From an uncultured Pseudomonadota bacterium (GTDB lineage: Bacteria; Myxococcota_A; UBA796; SXON01): a stretch of 64,000 nucleotides of DNA. The notes beneath the pieces are model-generated. The model did no database searches. It saw only the letters and a list, made by a program, of their open reading frames with translations, and was not told the origin of the DNA. A program made the position numbers and the translations under genes. Positions 25,724 to 35,717 of the stretch are shown here, in pieces; the stretch's first letter is position 1; every line of letters starts with the position of its first letter. Where the stretch lies: positions 42,478 through 106,477 of the forward strand of contig CAJBVW010000056.1 in assembly GCA_903959175.1 (NCBI GenBank). Reading direction: 5' to 3'.

Positions 25724-26592
25724 TGGACGCCATCGACCGGGCCTTTCACGAGGAGAGTGCGTTCATCGCGCGGTGTGCCGACGTGCATGCGCTGCTCGAC
25801 CGCATGGCCGACTACCGGCACGACGGGCGTGCGGCGGCCCAGAAGGGTTGGACCAAGGCGCGGCTGCGCGCGGAGGACCTCATCGAGCTCGCCCAGGCGC
25901 GCGTGGTCGTGCTCAAGGCGGAGGCCATGCGGGTCAAGGCGAGACGCCCCGAGCCGGCGCGGGTGAACACGTCGCCCCCGCCGCGAGCGGAGCTTCCCTC
26001 GCCGCCGGTTCGCGCGTCGGTCGCGCCACCGGCGCGGCGTGAGCGTCCCGTGGTGCAGGTCGCGCCTGTGCGATCGCGCGAGTCCGAGGCGACCGAGCGA
26101 CGGATGAAGATGCTCGAGGCGCAGCTCGCCGAGGCGCAAGCGGCCGAGCTCCGCGCGAAGCGGGAGCGGACCCAGGCGGAGGAGCGTGAGCGGCTCGCTG
26201 TCGCGAAGGAGCTGGAGCGGGAGAAGGAGGCAGCGGCGCGGAAGGAGAGGGCCAAGGCCGAGGCGCGGACGGAGCTGGAGGGGCCGGCGGAGCGGACGGT
26301 GGTGGCGGTGCAGTGCGCGCCTGTGATCCCTGCCCCCCTCGACGAGGACCCCCTCTACGCCGATCTCTTCGCGCGCGCGGTGGAGCCGGCGCCTGTCGCG
26401 GCGTCCGCGCCCGCGGTGGTCTACACGGGGGGCGACCTGGCGAAGTACCGCGCGGAGACCGGCTTGACGCAGCGGCTTGCCGCGGTTCGGTTCGGGGTCG
26501 CGCACGGGACGATCGCGAAGGCGGAGATGGACGCGACGAAGGTGCTGGGTGCGCAGCTTCAGGCGGGGATGCGGAACGTGCGGGGGCGGTGA
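25723..26592 (+). CDS. Coiled-coil protein with a C-terminal XRE-like HTH
   Basis: 289 aa with a TGATG junction to the upstream ORF. Charged coiled-coil (..EAQLAEAQAAELRAKRERTQAEERERLAVAKELEREKEAAARKERAKAEA..). C-terminal HTH ..LAKYRAETGLTQRLAAVRFGVAHGTIAKAEM. Confidence 0.6.
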   Translation: MDAIDRAFHEESAFIARCADVHALLDRMADYRHDGRAAAQKGWTKARLRAEDLIELAQARVVVLKAEAMRVKARRPEPARVNTSPPPRAELPSPPVRASVAPPARRERPVVQVAPVRSRESEATERRMKMLEAQLAEAQAAELRAKRERTQAEERERLAVAKELEREKEAAARKERAKAEARTELEGPAERTVVAVQCAPVIPAPLDEDPLYADLFARAVEPAPVAASAPAVVYTGGDLAKYRAETGLTQRLAAVRFGVAHGTIAKAEMDATKVLGAQLQAGMRNVRGR

Positions 26593-26819
26593 GCGGGACC
26601 GGCGCGGCTAGCCGTGCTTCCGTGGTTCCATTGGGGAGCATTGCGCTTTCCGGGAAGCGAGCGGCCCCTGATGACGGTTCCGGAGGCATGGAAGCAAAGC
26701 GGGAAGCGCAAGCAGGAGGCAGAGACTAGTCGCGCGGCGCAAGGCGACCTGGAGGCCGGTGGCGGAAACCCGTCGGGAGCGGTATTCACTGTGTCGACGC
26801 GCAGACCGGGGGCTCGGAT

Positions 26820-27386
26820 ATGATCAACGCCAAGAATCAGATCAAGGAGCTACTCGAGGGGCTCGGCCTATCGCAGGAGCTGGCCGTGTACAGCAGCTCG
26901 CAGGCCGGGGCGGGCGCGTGGACAAGCGTCGTCAGAATCACGCTCCCTGAACGTCCGCCGATCTCTGGCACCGGCACATCGTCCAGAAGGGCGCAGGCGG
27001 ACGTCGCGGCCGCGGAGGACGCCCTCGCCAAGCTCAACGCCGAGCCCGGGATGAAGCCGGAGGACTGGGAGCCCATCTACGCGGAGGCTCAGGCCGGCGA
27101 CGCACTCCTGAAGCTGGCGGGGTACCTCGCGACGAGCCTCGCTACGAGGGAGGAACGGTCTTGGTGGCTGCAAGTCCACGAGTCCGACGGGGCACTGGCT
27201 CGGGTGTTCGACCGCTGGTTCGACGAGGGCATCCCGGAGCTGGCGATGTACGGGCGTGGACTCGGCGAGAAGCACAAGTCAACGCTCGTGGAGGCCCTGA
27301 TCTGGCGGCGCTACGGGGCGCGCGTCCTCGGACCCGGGGCGGTCAATGCGCTCGGGGAGCTGCGCGACATGCTTTCCCGGGGGTAG
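26820..27386 (+). CDS. dsRNA-binding-domain protein with a degenerate RNase III-like C-terminal region
   Basis: 188 aa. Residues 1-75 align with the RNase III dsRBD (AKNQIKELLEG...ISGTGTSSRRAQADVAAAEDALAKLN versus E. coli Rnc ..[24 protein letters not shown]). The C-terminal part has weak RNase III-domain signatures (..AEAQAGDALLKLAGYL.., ..KSTLVEALIWRRYG). Confidence 0.6.
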   Translation: MINAKNQIKELLEGLGLSQELAVYSSSQAGAGAWTSVVRITLPERPPISGTGTSSRRAQADVAAAEDALAKLNAEPGMKPEDWEPIYAEAQAGDALLKLAGYLATSLATREERSWWLQVHESDGALARVFDRWFDEGIPELAMYGRGLGEKHKSTLVEALIWRRYGARVLGPGAVNALGELRDMLSRG

Positions 27387-27587
27387 ACGCTGCGTGATCG
27401 CGCCGCGCGGCAGCGAGAGTAGTCCTGGTCGAGCTGGACCATGAACACCGCCACCACGCAGCCGCGGCTCCAGCGCACGGTCGACGTACACGGGTTCACA
27501 TGCGCGCCACCGGTATGACCGCGCCTGCGGTATGCTCCCCACCCCCGGGACCTCCGGGCCTCAGCTCTACGCCGTTCGGGGGCACAA

Positions 27588-30500
27588 GTGAACCGCAACA
27601 CGATGGACGTCTTCACCCTCCGCGATTCCGTCGTCCGGGAGTACGAGCAGTTCGCCACGTCGTTCACGACCATCCACGCTGACGACATCCGCGCGCAGGT
27701 GGACGCGATCTACGCGCAGAAGCGGTACTGGCCCGAGCCGCTCATCCAGATCAATCCCCACTACAAGCGCACTACGACGATCGCCGAGCTCGTGGCCGGG
27801 GGCGCCCTCGACGCCGGCTGCGCGGAGATCTTCCTCTCCCCGCCGCCTGGGGAGGCGCCGGGCGGCGTGCCCATGACGGTCTACAAGCACCAGGAGGAGG
27901 CGATCGCGCTCGCCGGCGACGGCGAGAGCTATGTCGTCACCACCGGCACAGGGTCGGGGAAGTCGCTCTGCTTCTTCATCCCGATCGTGAACGCCGTCCT
28001 CGCCGAGAAGCGGCGCTCGGCCTTGAAGCGCACGCGCGCCATCGTGATTTACCCGATGAACGCGCTCGCCAACAGCCAGCTCGAGGAGCTTGCCAAGTAC
28101 ATTCCGGATCGGCCGGGCGGCCGGCCCGTGACCTTCGCGCGCTACACCGGACAGGAGAGCACCGAGGAGCGGTCCCTTATCGCGGAGAGCCCGCCCGATA
28201 TCCTGCTCACCAACTTCATGATGCTCGAACTGCTGATGACTCGGCAGGATGTCATCGATCGGCAGGTGATCGGGAACTGCGTGGGGCTGCGCTTCCTAGT
28301 TCTGGACGAGCTTCACACGTACCGAGGGCGCCAGGGCGCCGACGTCGCGCTCCTCGTGCGGCGCGTCCGCGAGCGGCTGTCCAATGATCTGCAGTGCATC
28401 GGCACCTCCGCCACCATGAAGAGCGACGGCACGGCCGAGGAGCGGGGCCGTGTCGTCGCCCAGGTGGCATCGAAGCTGTTCGCCGCAAAGATCGCGGAGA
28501 GCAGCGTCATCGGGGAGACACTCGAGCGGGTCACCGATCCGGCATCGACGCTCGAAACGGTGCGGCCACTGCTTATGCCTGCGATCGAGGCAGGGATCTC
28601 GGCAACGGTTACCGATGCCGAGCTGCGCGTCCACCCGCTCGCGGTCTGGGTGGAGACGAGCCTCGGCGTGACGCGCTCGGACGCGGACCCGAAGTGGCGC
28701 CGTGCGCCCCCGCTGACGGTCACGGAGGCGAGAGATCTCCTGAGCCGGGATTCCGGGTGTAGCGTAGACGCCTGTGGACGCGCGCTCCGCGAGCTACTCC
28801 TCGTCTCCAGCGTGCCTGAACGCGATCGGGTGCTCGGCTCGACGAAGTCCCAAAGCTTCTTCGCGTTCAAGCTGCATCAGTTCATCTCGGGCGCAGGCCA
28901 TGCGTTCGCGACGTTGGAGCCGCTCGGTCGGCGAAGCGTGACGGTGGAAGGCCAGCAGTTCTACCCGGAGCCGCCTGGGGACAAGCGGCTGTATTCGACG
29001 CACTTCTGTCGTGAGTGCGGGCAGGAGTACCACCCGGTTCGTCTGGTCACGGACGACGGACGGCGGATGGCCCTCGCGCGGACAATCGACGATGCGGCAA
29101 TGCCACCGAAGGACGACGCCGCGGAGGACCCGGATCCCGGCACGGAAGCCGAGGAGTTTGGCTTCCTCACCGTCGCGCCGACGGACATCGACTTCAGGTT
29201 CCAGGATGAGCCCGAGGACTACCCGGAGACTTGGCGCGAGTCGGACGCCGGCGGCAATGCCCGCGTGAAGCGCGAGTACCGGAACGCGCGCGCCAGGGGG
29301 CTGCGCGTAGAGCCCGATGGGCGCATCGGCACTGGCACGCCCGTCTGGTTCTTGCCGGGGAAGTTCCGCTTCTGCCTGCGGTGCGGAGAAACCCACAGCG
29401 GCTCGTCCCGCGATCGCAACCGGCTCGCATCCCTCTCCGCGGAGGGCCGCAGCTCCGCCACCACGGTGCTCGTCGCGAGCGTGCTCAAGTGGATGCACGG
29501 CGGCGACTCGGGGCTGGACGCATACACCCGCAAGCTCCTCGGGTTTACGGACAACCGCCAGGATGCCGCGCTGCAGGCGGGCCACTTCAACGACTTTCTC
29601 TTCGTCAGCCTGGTTCGCGCCGGATTCCTCGGCGCGTTGACGGCGGCGGGCGAGGCCGGGCTTAGCGCCGAGCAGCTCGGCATCGCGCAGCAGAAGGCCC
29701 TCGGCTTCGATCAGAGCACGCCCGAGATCAAGGCCGAGTGGCTCAACGAGCCCGATCTGGTGGGCTTCAACCTCATGGAAGCGGGCAAGACCCTGCGCGA
29801 GGTGCTCGCCTACCGCGCTTGGTTCGATCAGCGCCGCGGCTGGCGCTACACCAACCCCAATCTCGAGCAGCTCGGTCTCCTCTCGGTTCGGTACGAGGGG
29901 CTCGCTGAGCTCGCGGCTGACGACGCCCGCTTTGCCGGCGGACCTGACATCCTCCGCTTCGCGTCGGCGGAAGTTCGAGCCGCAATCTACACGACGCTGT
30001 TCGACCACCTTCGCACGGGGATGGCGATCCGGAGCCAGGTGCTCGACCCGCTCTCTGTGGAGCAAATCCACCAGCGGTCGACCAGCCGCCTCCGCGCGCC
30101 CTGGGGATTCGGATCGGACGAACGTCCTCGCCCTGGCCGCTGGCTGGTAGTCAAGGCGCCTCCTCGTCGCGCCTCGCGGGATGAGGACCTCTTCGTGCGT
30201 GGCGGCGCTCGGAGCGGGCTCGGCAAGAAGCTTCGCTCGTCCGAGCTCTGGAAGACGGATGCCATCCGCCAGCTCAAGACGGCCGAGTCCGACGAGCTCA
30301 TCCTCAAGCTCCTTGAGGTCGCGACTGTCCACGGACAGGTCACCCAGGAGTCCACCCCGTTCGACGTGCCCGGGTGGAAGCTCACCGATGCGTCCGTGGT
30401 GTTCAAGCTCGGCGACCCCACGGATCGCTCCGAACGTAAGAACGACAATGTTTTCTTCCGCGGCTTCTATCAAAGCCTCGCGACGATGCTCGTCAACCGC

Positions 30501-32891
30501 GACCACCCCCTGTTCGGGTTCGAGGCCCGCGAGCACACCGCGCAGGTGGAGCAGGAGAAGCGCCAGGTCCGGGAGAAGCGCTTCCGCTACGGGCAGAAGG
30601 AGCAGGAGGAGCTGGTTACGAGGGCCAAGGAGAATCGGGACATTGGGGAGAGCAGCCGCTTCCTGCCGGTGCTCTTCTGTTCCCCGACAATGGAGCTCGG
30701 CGTCGACATCTCCGCGCTCAACGCGGTCTACCTTCGCAATGTCCCGCCCACGCCCGCCAATTACGCGCAGCGCAGCGGCCGCGCGGGGCGAAGCGGACAG
30801 GCCGCGCTCGTCCTCACCTACGCCTCGGCCCAGGGCCCCCACGACCAGTACTTTTTCCGGGATCCGAAGGCAATGGTCCACGGCGAGGTGCGGGCTCCGA
30901 TGCTCGATCTGGCGAATCGGGACCTCGTGGACAGCCACCTGCACGCCGTCTGGTTGGCCTGTACCGAGAAGCCGCTGGACTCCGCTATCTCCGAGCTGCT
31001 CGTGCTCCCCGACCCCCATCGCCCGGTCTGCTCGGACGTGCGTGTACCGATGCAGGAGCCCCGGGTGGCCGTCGAGGCCGCCGCACGGATGGGCCGGGTG
31101 CTCGACCTCGTGGCGGAGTACCTCACCCCCGCGCTTGCACCCTGGTACGAAGGGCGTAATGAGCACGCACGCCTCGTCGCAGAAGGAGCGTTGGCGAACT
31201 TCGAGAAGGCGTTCAACCGCTGGCGCGAGCTGTTCCGAGCCGCCGAGCAGCAGCGCGATGCCGCGCGCCGCACCATGGACGACCACGCTGCGCCGCCCGC
31301 CGAGAAGCGCGCGGCGAAGACCCGTCACGACCAGGCCATCGACCAGCTCAATCTGCTTCAGCAGGGCGACAGTAGCCGCACCGCGAGCGACTTCTACACC
31401 TACCGCTACCTCGCCACCGAGGGATTCCTCCCGGGGTACAACTTCCCGCGCCTCCCGCTGATGGCGTACGTCCCCAAGGCCGACCCGCGTGGCCGGCAGA
31501 CCTACCTCCAGCGTCCGCGCTTCCTGGCGCTCTCCGAGTTCGGCCCGCGCAGCCTCGTCTACCACGAGGGCCGGGCGTTTCGGGTCGTTCGCGCCATGCT
31601 CTCCTTGGGTCACCGCGACGGCGCCACGGCGGACACCAAGCTCCCGACGGAGACGATCCGCATCTGCAAGAGCTGCGGGGCGGGACACTTCGAGGAGGTC
31701 TCCGTCTGCCATGCCTGCCAGCAGCCGCTCGGAACCGCGGAGATCGTGAACAACGTACATCGCATCGAGAACGTGGCGACTCACCCCGCCGAGCGCATCA
31801 CTGCCAACGACGAGGAGCGCCAACGCCAGGGCTTCGACCTGCAGACCACCTTCCAGTGGGCGATCCGCGACGGCGTAGTCGACGCGCGGCCGGGGGCGGC
31901 GGCCGACGCCCACGGCGAGATCGTGCGGCTCTCCTACGGCCCGGGGGCGCGGATCACGCGCTTGAACAAGGGTTTGCGTCGCCGCGCGAACAAGACCGAG
32001 CTCGGCTTCTGGATCGACCCCGTCTCCGGCTACTGGTCCAAAAACACCGACGAGGAGGACCAGACCCCCGACCCCACCGTGGCCCCCGCGCAGCTCATCG
32101 TCCCCATCGTGCGCGACCACAAGAACGCGCTCCTCGTACAGCCCGTCGGCGTCAACCTTGCCGACCGCACCCTCACCACGGTTCAACACGCGCTCCTGCG
32201 CGGGGTCGAGACGGTGTACCAACTCGAACAGGGCGAGATCCTCGCCGAGCCGATGCCCTCGCGGGACGCCCGGAACGGGTTCCTGCTCTACGAGGCCACC
32301 GAGGGCGGCGCCGGCGTGCTCACCCGCATCGTTTCGGAGTCCGACTCGCTGGCGAAGGTGGCCCGCAAGGCGCTGCAGGTCATGCATTACGACGTTCCGG
32401 AGGCGGGGCCGCTCCCGGGTCACGAATCCGCCTTATCCGACGTCGCAGACACCCGCTGCGTGGCCGGCTGCTACCGCTGCCTGCTCTCCTACTACAACCA
32501 GCCCGACCAGGAGTTCATCGATCGTCGGGACCCGCGCGCGAAGGAGATGTTGCTCCGCTTGGCGGGCGCCACGACGACTGGACTTCAGCGGGCCGCAGCG
32601 AGCGCTCCAGCGACCCCGCCGTCTGCGGCCGACCCGACGCTGGTGCGGTGGCACGCTGCGGCGAGAATGCTCGCGCTGCCCCCGCACGATGCCGAGCCGA
32701 AGATCGTGGGAGAGGACAGCGTGCCGTTCATCTGGCGCGCGCACTACGTTGCCGCCGTGCTGCCTGATACCGACCCCGCCACGCTGGCCGCCCTCGAAGC
32801 AAGCGGCTTCGACGTGGTGGTCTTCAGCGACGAACCCACTTGGCCGGAGGCGTTCACGCGCCTGGCCCGCTTCCTCGGACGCCCCCAATGA
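27588..32891 (+). CDS. drmA: DISARM-type DEAD/DEAH helicase fused to a DUF1998/MrfA-type Zn-binding domain (DrmA-DrmB fusion)
   Basis: 1767 aa. Helicase motifs VVTTGTGSGKSLCF, LVLDELHTYRGRQG, GTSATM, GVDISALNAVYLRNVPPTPANYAQRSGRAGR. C-terminal Cys clusters CKSCGAGHF..CHACQQPL and RCVAGCYRCLLSYYNQPDQEFIDRR are typical of DUF1998. GTG 27588 or ATG 27603. Confidence 0.8.
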   Translation: MNRNTMDVFTLRDSVVREYEQFATSFTTIHADDIRAQVDAIYAQKRYWPEPLIQINPHYKRTTTIAELVAGGALDAGCAEIFLSPPPGEAPGGVPMTVYKHQEEAIALAGDGESYVVTTGTGSGKSLCFFIPIVNAVLAEKRRSALKRTRAIVIYPMNALANSQLEELAKYIPDRPGGRPVTFARYTGQESTEERSLIAESPPDILLTNFMMLELLMTRQDVIDRQVIGNCVGLRFLVLDELHTYRGRQGADVALLVRRVRERLSNDLQCIGTSATMKSDGTAEERGRVVAQVASKLFAAKIAESSVIGETLERVTDPASTLETVRPLLMPAIEAGISATVTDAELRVHPLAVWVETSLGVTRSDADPKWRRAPPLTVTEARDLLSRDSGCSVDACGRALRELLLVSSVPERDRVLGSTKSQSFFAFKLHQFISGAGHAFATLEPLGRRSVTVEGQQFYPEPPGDKRLYSTHFCRECGQEYHPVRLVTDDGRRMALARTIDDAAMPPKDDAAEDPDPGTEAEEFGFLTVAPTDIDFRFQDEPEDYPETWRESDAGGNARVKREYRNARARGLRVEPDGRIGTGTPVWFLPGKFRFCLRCGETHSGSSRDRNRLASLSAEGRSSATTVLVASVLKWMHGGDSGLDAYTRKLLGFTDNRQDAALQAGHFNDFLFVSLVRAGFLGALTAAGEAGLSAEQLGIAQQKALGFDQSTPEIKAEWLNEPDLVGFNLMEAGKTLREVLAYRAWFDQRRGWRYTNPNLEQLGLLSVRYEGLAELAADDARFAGGPDILRFASAEVRAAIYTTLFDHLRTGMAIRSQVLDPLSVEQIHQRSTSRLRAPWGFGSDERPRPGRWLVVKAPPRRASRDEDLFVRGGARSGLGKKLRSSELWKTDAIRQLKTAESDELILKLLEVATVHGQVTQESTPFDVPGWKLTDASVVFKLGDPTDRSERKNDNVFFRGFYQSLATMLVNRDHPLFGFEAREHTAQVEQEKRQVREKRFRYGQKEQEELVTRAKENRDIGESSRFLPVLFCSPTMELGVDISALNAVYLRNVPPTPANYAQRSGRAGRSGQAALVLTYASAQGPHDQYFFRDPKAMVHGEVRAPMLDLANRDLVDSHLHAVWLACTEKPLDSAISELLVLPDPHRPVCSDVRVPMQEPRVAVEAAARMGRVLDLVAEYLTPALAPWYEGRNEHARLVAEGALANFEKAFNRWRELFRAAEQQRDAARRTMDDHAAPPAEKRAAKTRHDQAIDQLNLLQQGDSSRTASDFYTYRYLATEGFLPGYNFPRLPLMAYVPKADPRGRQTYLQRPRFLALSEFGPRSLVYHEGRAFRVVRAMLSLGHRDGATADTKLPTETIRICKSCGAGHFEEVSVCHACQQPLGTAEIVNNVHRIENVATHPAERITANDEERQRQGFDLQTTFQWAIRDGVVDARPGAAADAHGEIVRLSYGPGARITRLNKGLRRRANKTELGFWIDPVSGYWSKNTDEEDQTPDPTVAPAQLIVPIVRDHKNALLVQPVGVNLADRTLTTVQHALLRGVETVYQLEQGEILAEPMPSRDARNGFLLYEATEGGAGVLTRIVSESDSLAKVARKALQVMHYDVPEAGPLPGHESALSDVADTRCVAGCYRCLLSYYNQPDQEFIDRRDPRAKEMLLRLAGATTTGLQRAAASAPATPPSAADPTLVRWHAAARMLALPPHDAEPKIVGEDSVPFIWRAHYVAAVLPDTDPATLAALEASGFDVVVFSDEPTWPEAFTRLARFLGRPQ

Positions 32892-35683
32892 ACCAGACCG
32901 TCTACAGCCCCGGAAGCCTCGTGAGCGCCCGGGGTCGCGAGTGGATCGTACTCGCCGGGAGCGACGCCGAGATCCTACACGTGCGGCCCGTCTCCGGCTC
33001 CGAGGAAGACAGCACTCTCATCCATCTCGCTCTCGAAGCCGAACCCGTGCGGGATGCCCGTTTCCCGCTCCCGGTCGCCGAGCAGCGTGCGAGCCACGAC
33101 GCCGCCCTGCTCCTCCGCGACGCGCTCCTCCTCTCACTGCGTCGCGGCGCCGGGCCCTTCCGCAGCTTTGGGCAAATCTCCGTGGAGCCGCGGGCCTATC
33201 AGCTCGTCCCGCTGCTCATGGCGCTCAAGCTCGATCCGGTGCGGCTCCTCATCGCGGATGACGTCGGCGTCGGCAAGACCATCGAGGCCGCCCTCATCGC
33301 GCGGGAGCTCATCGACCGGGGGGACGTCGACCGCACCACCGTGCTCTGCCCGCCTCATCTCGTCGAACAGTGGGTCACCGAGCTCGAGGAGCGCTTTCAC
33401 ATCCACGCCGTGGCGGTCACGTCCGCGTCCGCCAGCCGGCTCGAACGCGATCTCCCCCCCAGCGTGAGCGTCTTCTCCGCCTACCCCCACACTGTCGTCA
33501 GCCTCGACTACATCAAGAGCGACAAGCGACGGGCCGACTTCCTTCGTGCCTGCCCGAACTTCGTCATCGTGGACGAGGCCCACACCTGCGCCGCCGCGGG
33601 CCAGGGCCGCCACCAGCGATATGAGCTCCTCAAGGGCCTGACCGAGTCCCCCGATCGACACCTCGTGCTGCTCACGGCCACGCCCCACAGCGGGGACGAG
33701 GCCGCGTTCTACCGGCTCCTCGGCCTGTTGGATCGTGACTTCCAGGGCATCCCCGATACGTCCGAAGCCGAGCGCACCCGCCTCCGCGACCGCCTCTCGC
33801 GCCACTTCGTCCAGCGCCGCCGTCCCGACATCGCCGAGTGGAACGAAGGGGATCTCTTCCCCCGGCGTGAAACGGCCGAGGTGACCTACCGCCTCACGGG
33901 CGCGTGGGAGCGGTTCTTCGCGTCCGTACTCGCGTACTGCAGGGGCATCGTGGAGCGGGCAGGGGAGGACGAGCGCCGCCAGCGCATGAGCTTCTGGAGC
34001 ACGCTCGCCCTCATGCGGTGCGTTGGCTCGAGCCCGGCCGCCGCCGTGATGGCGCTCCGCACACGCGCCGGCCTCCAGGAGGATCAAGAGGCCGAGGACC
34101 TGCGGGAGCGGGTGTTCGACGGCGCATCCGACGCGCTCTCGGACGACGACGTCGAGCCCTCCGTGGGGGTCGATGCCGCCGAGGTGCTCTCGCTGATTCT
34201 CCAGGCCGAGGAGCTCGTCTCGAAGTCAGGAGATCCCAAGCTCGACGAGCTCACCAAGCACCTCCAGGCGCTGATCAACGAGGGCTTCAACCCCGTCGTG
34301 TTCTGCCGATACATCGCGACCGCGCACTACATCGGACGGCACCTTTCCACGCGCTTCAAGGGGGTCACGGTTGGGGTCATCACCGGTGACATCACGTCGG
34401 AGGAGCGCCGCGAGAAGGTGGACAGGCTCGTCGAGGACGCCGATCGACGCCTGCTCGTCGCCACCGACTGCCTCTCCGAGGGCGTGAACCTCCAGGCCGG
34501 CTTCGACGCCGTCGTTCACTACGACCTCTCGTGGAACCCCACCCGCCACGAACAGCGCGAGGGTCGCGTTGACCGCTTCGGCCAGAAGAGCAAGAAGGTA
34601 CGCGCCACGCTGATGTACGGGGCGAACAACCCGGTAGACGGCGCCGTGCTGGACGTCATCCTCCGCAAGGCCGAAAAGATCCGCCTGGAGCTCGGTGTGC
34701 CGGTGCCTCTCCCGGACGATGGCCACACGCTCACCCAAGCGCTCCTCAAGGCAGTGCTCCTCAAGCAGCCCACCGAGGCTACGGGGCAGCAGCCCCTCTT
34801 CATGAACCTCTCGCCCGCCCGGAAGATCGACGAAATCTGGACCGACGCCGCTGAGCGCGCGAAGCGGAACCGAACGGTGTTCGCGCAGCGCCGACTGAAG
34901 CCGGAGGACGTGCTCCCCGAGTGGCGCAAGACGCTCGCGGTGGTGGGTGGCGAGCGCGAGGTGCATCGCTTCATGGACCGCGCGCTCGCGCGCCTCGGGT
35001 CCGGCCTGGAGCCGCTCAAGCGCGGCTTCAAGGCGCCGCTCGCTCCGCTGCCCGACGACGTCCAGGAGCGGCTGGAGGCCGAAGGTCTCTCTGGCACCCT
35101 GCTGGTCGACTTCGCGTACCCCCCGTTTGGCCGTTGCCGCCCTGTCCAGCGCAGCCACCCCCTCGTCTCCGTGCTCGCAGAGACGTTGCTCGAGCGCACC
35201 CTTTCGAGCCCGACCCACGACACCGACCCCAACCAGGGCGTGCTCGGGCGCGTGGGATGTTGGGTGTCTGACGCCGTTACGTCCCGCACCACAGTCGCCT
35301 TGCTGCGCTGCCGCCACCAGCTCCTGGCGCAGAGGGGGCGCCGCGCCACCACGCTACTCGTGGAGGAAGCGACGGGAATCGCGTGGGGCGGCCCTGCGGG
35401 GACGCTCATCGCCGAGGGCGACGATGCTCTTGAGCTGCTCGCACCCCCTCCCGTGGGGGACCCCCCCGAACATGTGCGGGCGCGTGTCGTCGCCGCCGCC
35501 CTGGAACAGCTCGGCGCGCGCCTGGCCGACGTTGATGCCCTCGCCGAGCGGCGGGCGCAGGCCCTCCTCGCCGACCACGAGCGGGTGCGGGCGTCCGCGC
35601 GCGCCGCGGGGGCGACCACCGTCCAAGCGCTCCTGCCCCCGGATGTGATCGCCCTCTTCGTGCTGCTCCCGCGGGTCGGCTGA
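32888..35683 (+). CDS. drmD: SNF2-family helicase (DISARM DrmD-like)
   Basis: Start ATG 32888 (ATGA overlap with the upstream stop); 931 aa. Motifs LIADDVGVGKTIEAAL, FVIVDEAHTCA, LLTATPHSGD, LVATDCLSEGVNLQ, HEQREGRVDRFGQ. Confidence 0.8.
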   Translation: MNQTVYSPGSLVSARGREWIVLAGSDAEILHVRPVSGSEEDSTLIHLALEAEPVRDARFPLPVAEQRASHDAALLLRDALLLSLRRGAGPFRSFGQISVEPRAYQLVPLLMALKLDPVRLLIADDVGVGKTIEAALIARELIDRGDVDRTTVLCPPHLVEQWVTELEERFHIHAVAVTSASASRLERDLPPSVSVFSAYPHTVVSLDYIKSDKRRADFLRACPNFVIVDEAHTCAAAGQGRHQRYELLKGLTESPDRHLVLLTATPHSGDEAAFYRLLGLLDRDFQGIPDTSEAERTRLRDRLSRHFVQRRRPDIAEWNEGDLFPRRETAEVTYRLTGAWERFFASVLAYCRGIVERAGEDERRQRMSFWSTLALMRCVGSSPAAAVMALRTRAGLQEDQEAEDLRERVFDGASDALSDDDVEPSVGVDAAEVLSLILQAEELVSKSGDPKLDELTKHLQALINEGFNPVVFCRYIATAHYIGRHLSTRFKGVTVGVITGDITSEERREKVDRLVEDADRRLLVATDCLSEGVNLQAGFDAVVHYDLSWNPTRHEQREGRVDRFGQKSKKVRATLMYGANNPVDGAVLDVILRKAEKIRLELGVPVPLPDDGHTLTQALLKAVLLKQPTEATGQQPLFMNLSPARKIDEIWTDAAERAKRNRTVFAQRRLKPEDVLPEWRKTLAVVGGEREVHRFMDRALARLGSGLEPLKRGFKAPLAPLPDDVQERLEAEGLSGTLLVDFAYPPFGRCRPVQRSHPLVSVLAETLLERTLSSPTHDTDPNQGVLGRVGCWVSDAVTSRTTVALLRCRHQLLAQRGRRATTLLVEEATGIAWGGPAGTLIAEGDDALELLAPPPVGDPPEHVRARVVAAALEQLGARLADVDALAERRAQALLADHERVRASARAAGATTVQALLPPDVIALFVLLPRVG

Positions 35684-35717
35684 TGCTTCATGCCCCTGCA
35701 TTCCCCAGAGCGCGCGC

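Noticed and set aside
28794-32423. 1209-aa minus-strand ORF antisense to the DrmA-DrmB gene. Similar cases are 35775-39137 (-), 40472-42448 (-), 33134-34087 (-) and 34226-35317 (-).
   Set aside because: These are shadow ORFs typical of high-GC DNA. The translations are Arg/Gly/Pro/Ala-rich and low-complexity with no motifs, whereas the plus-strand frames carry clear helicase and methyltransferase motifs.
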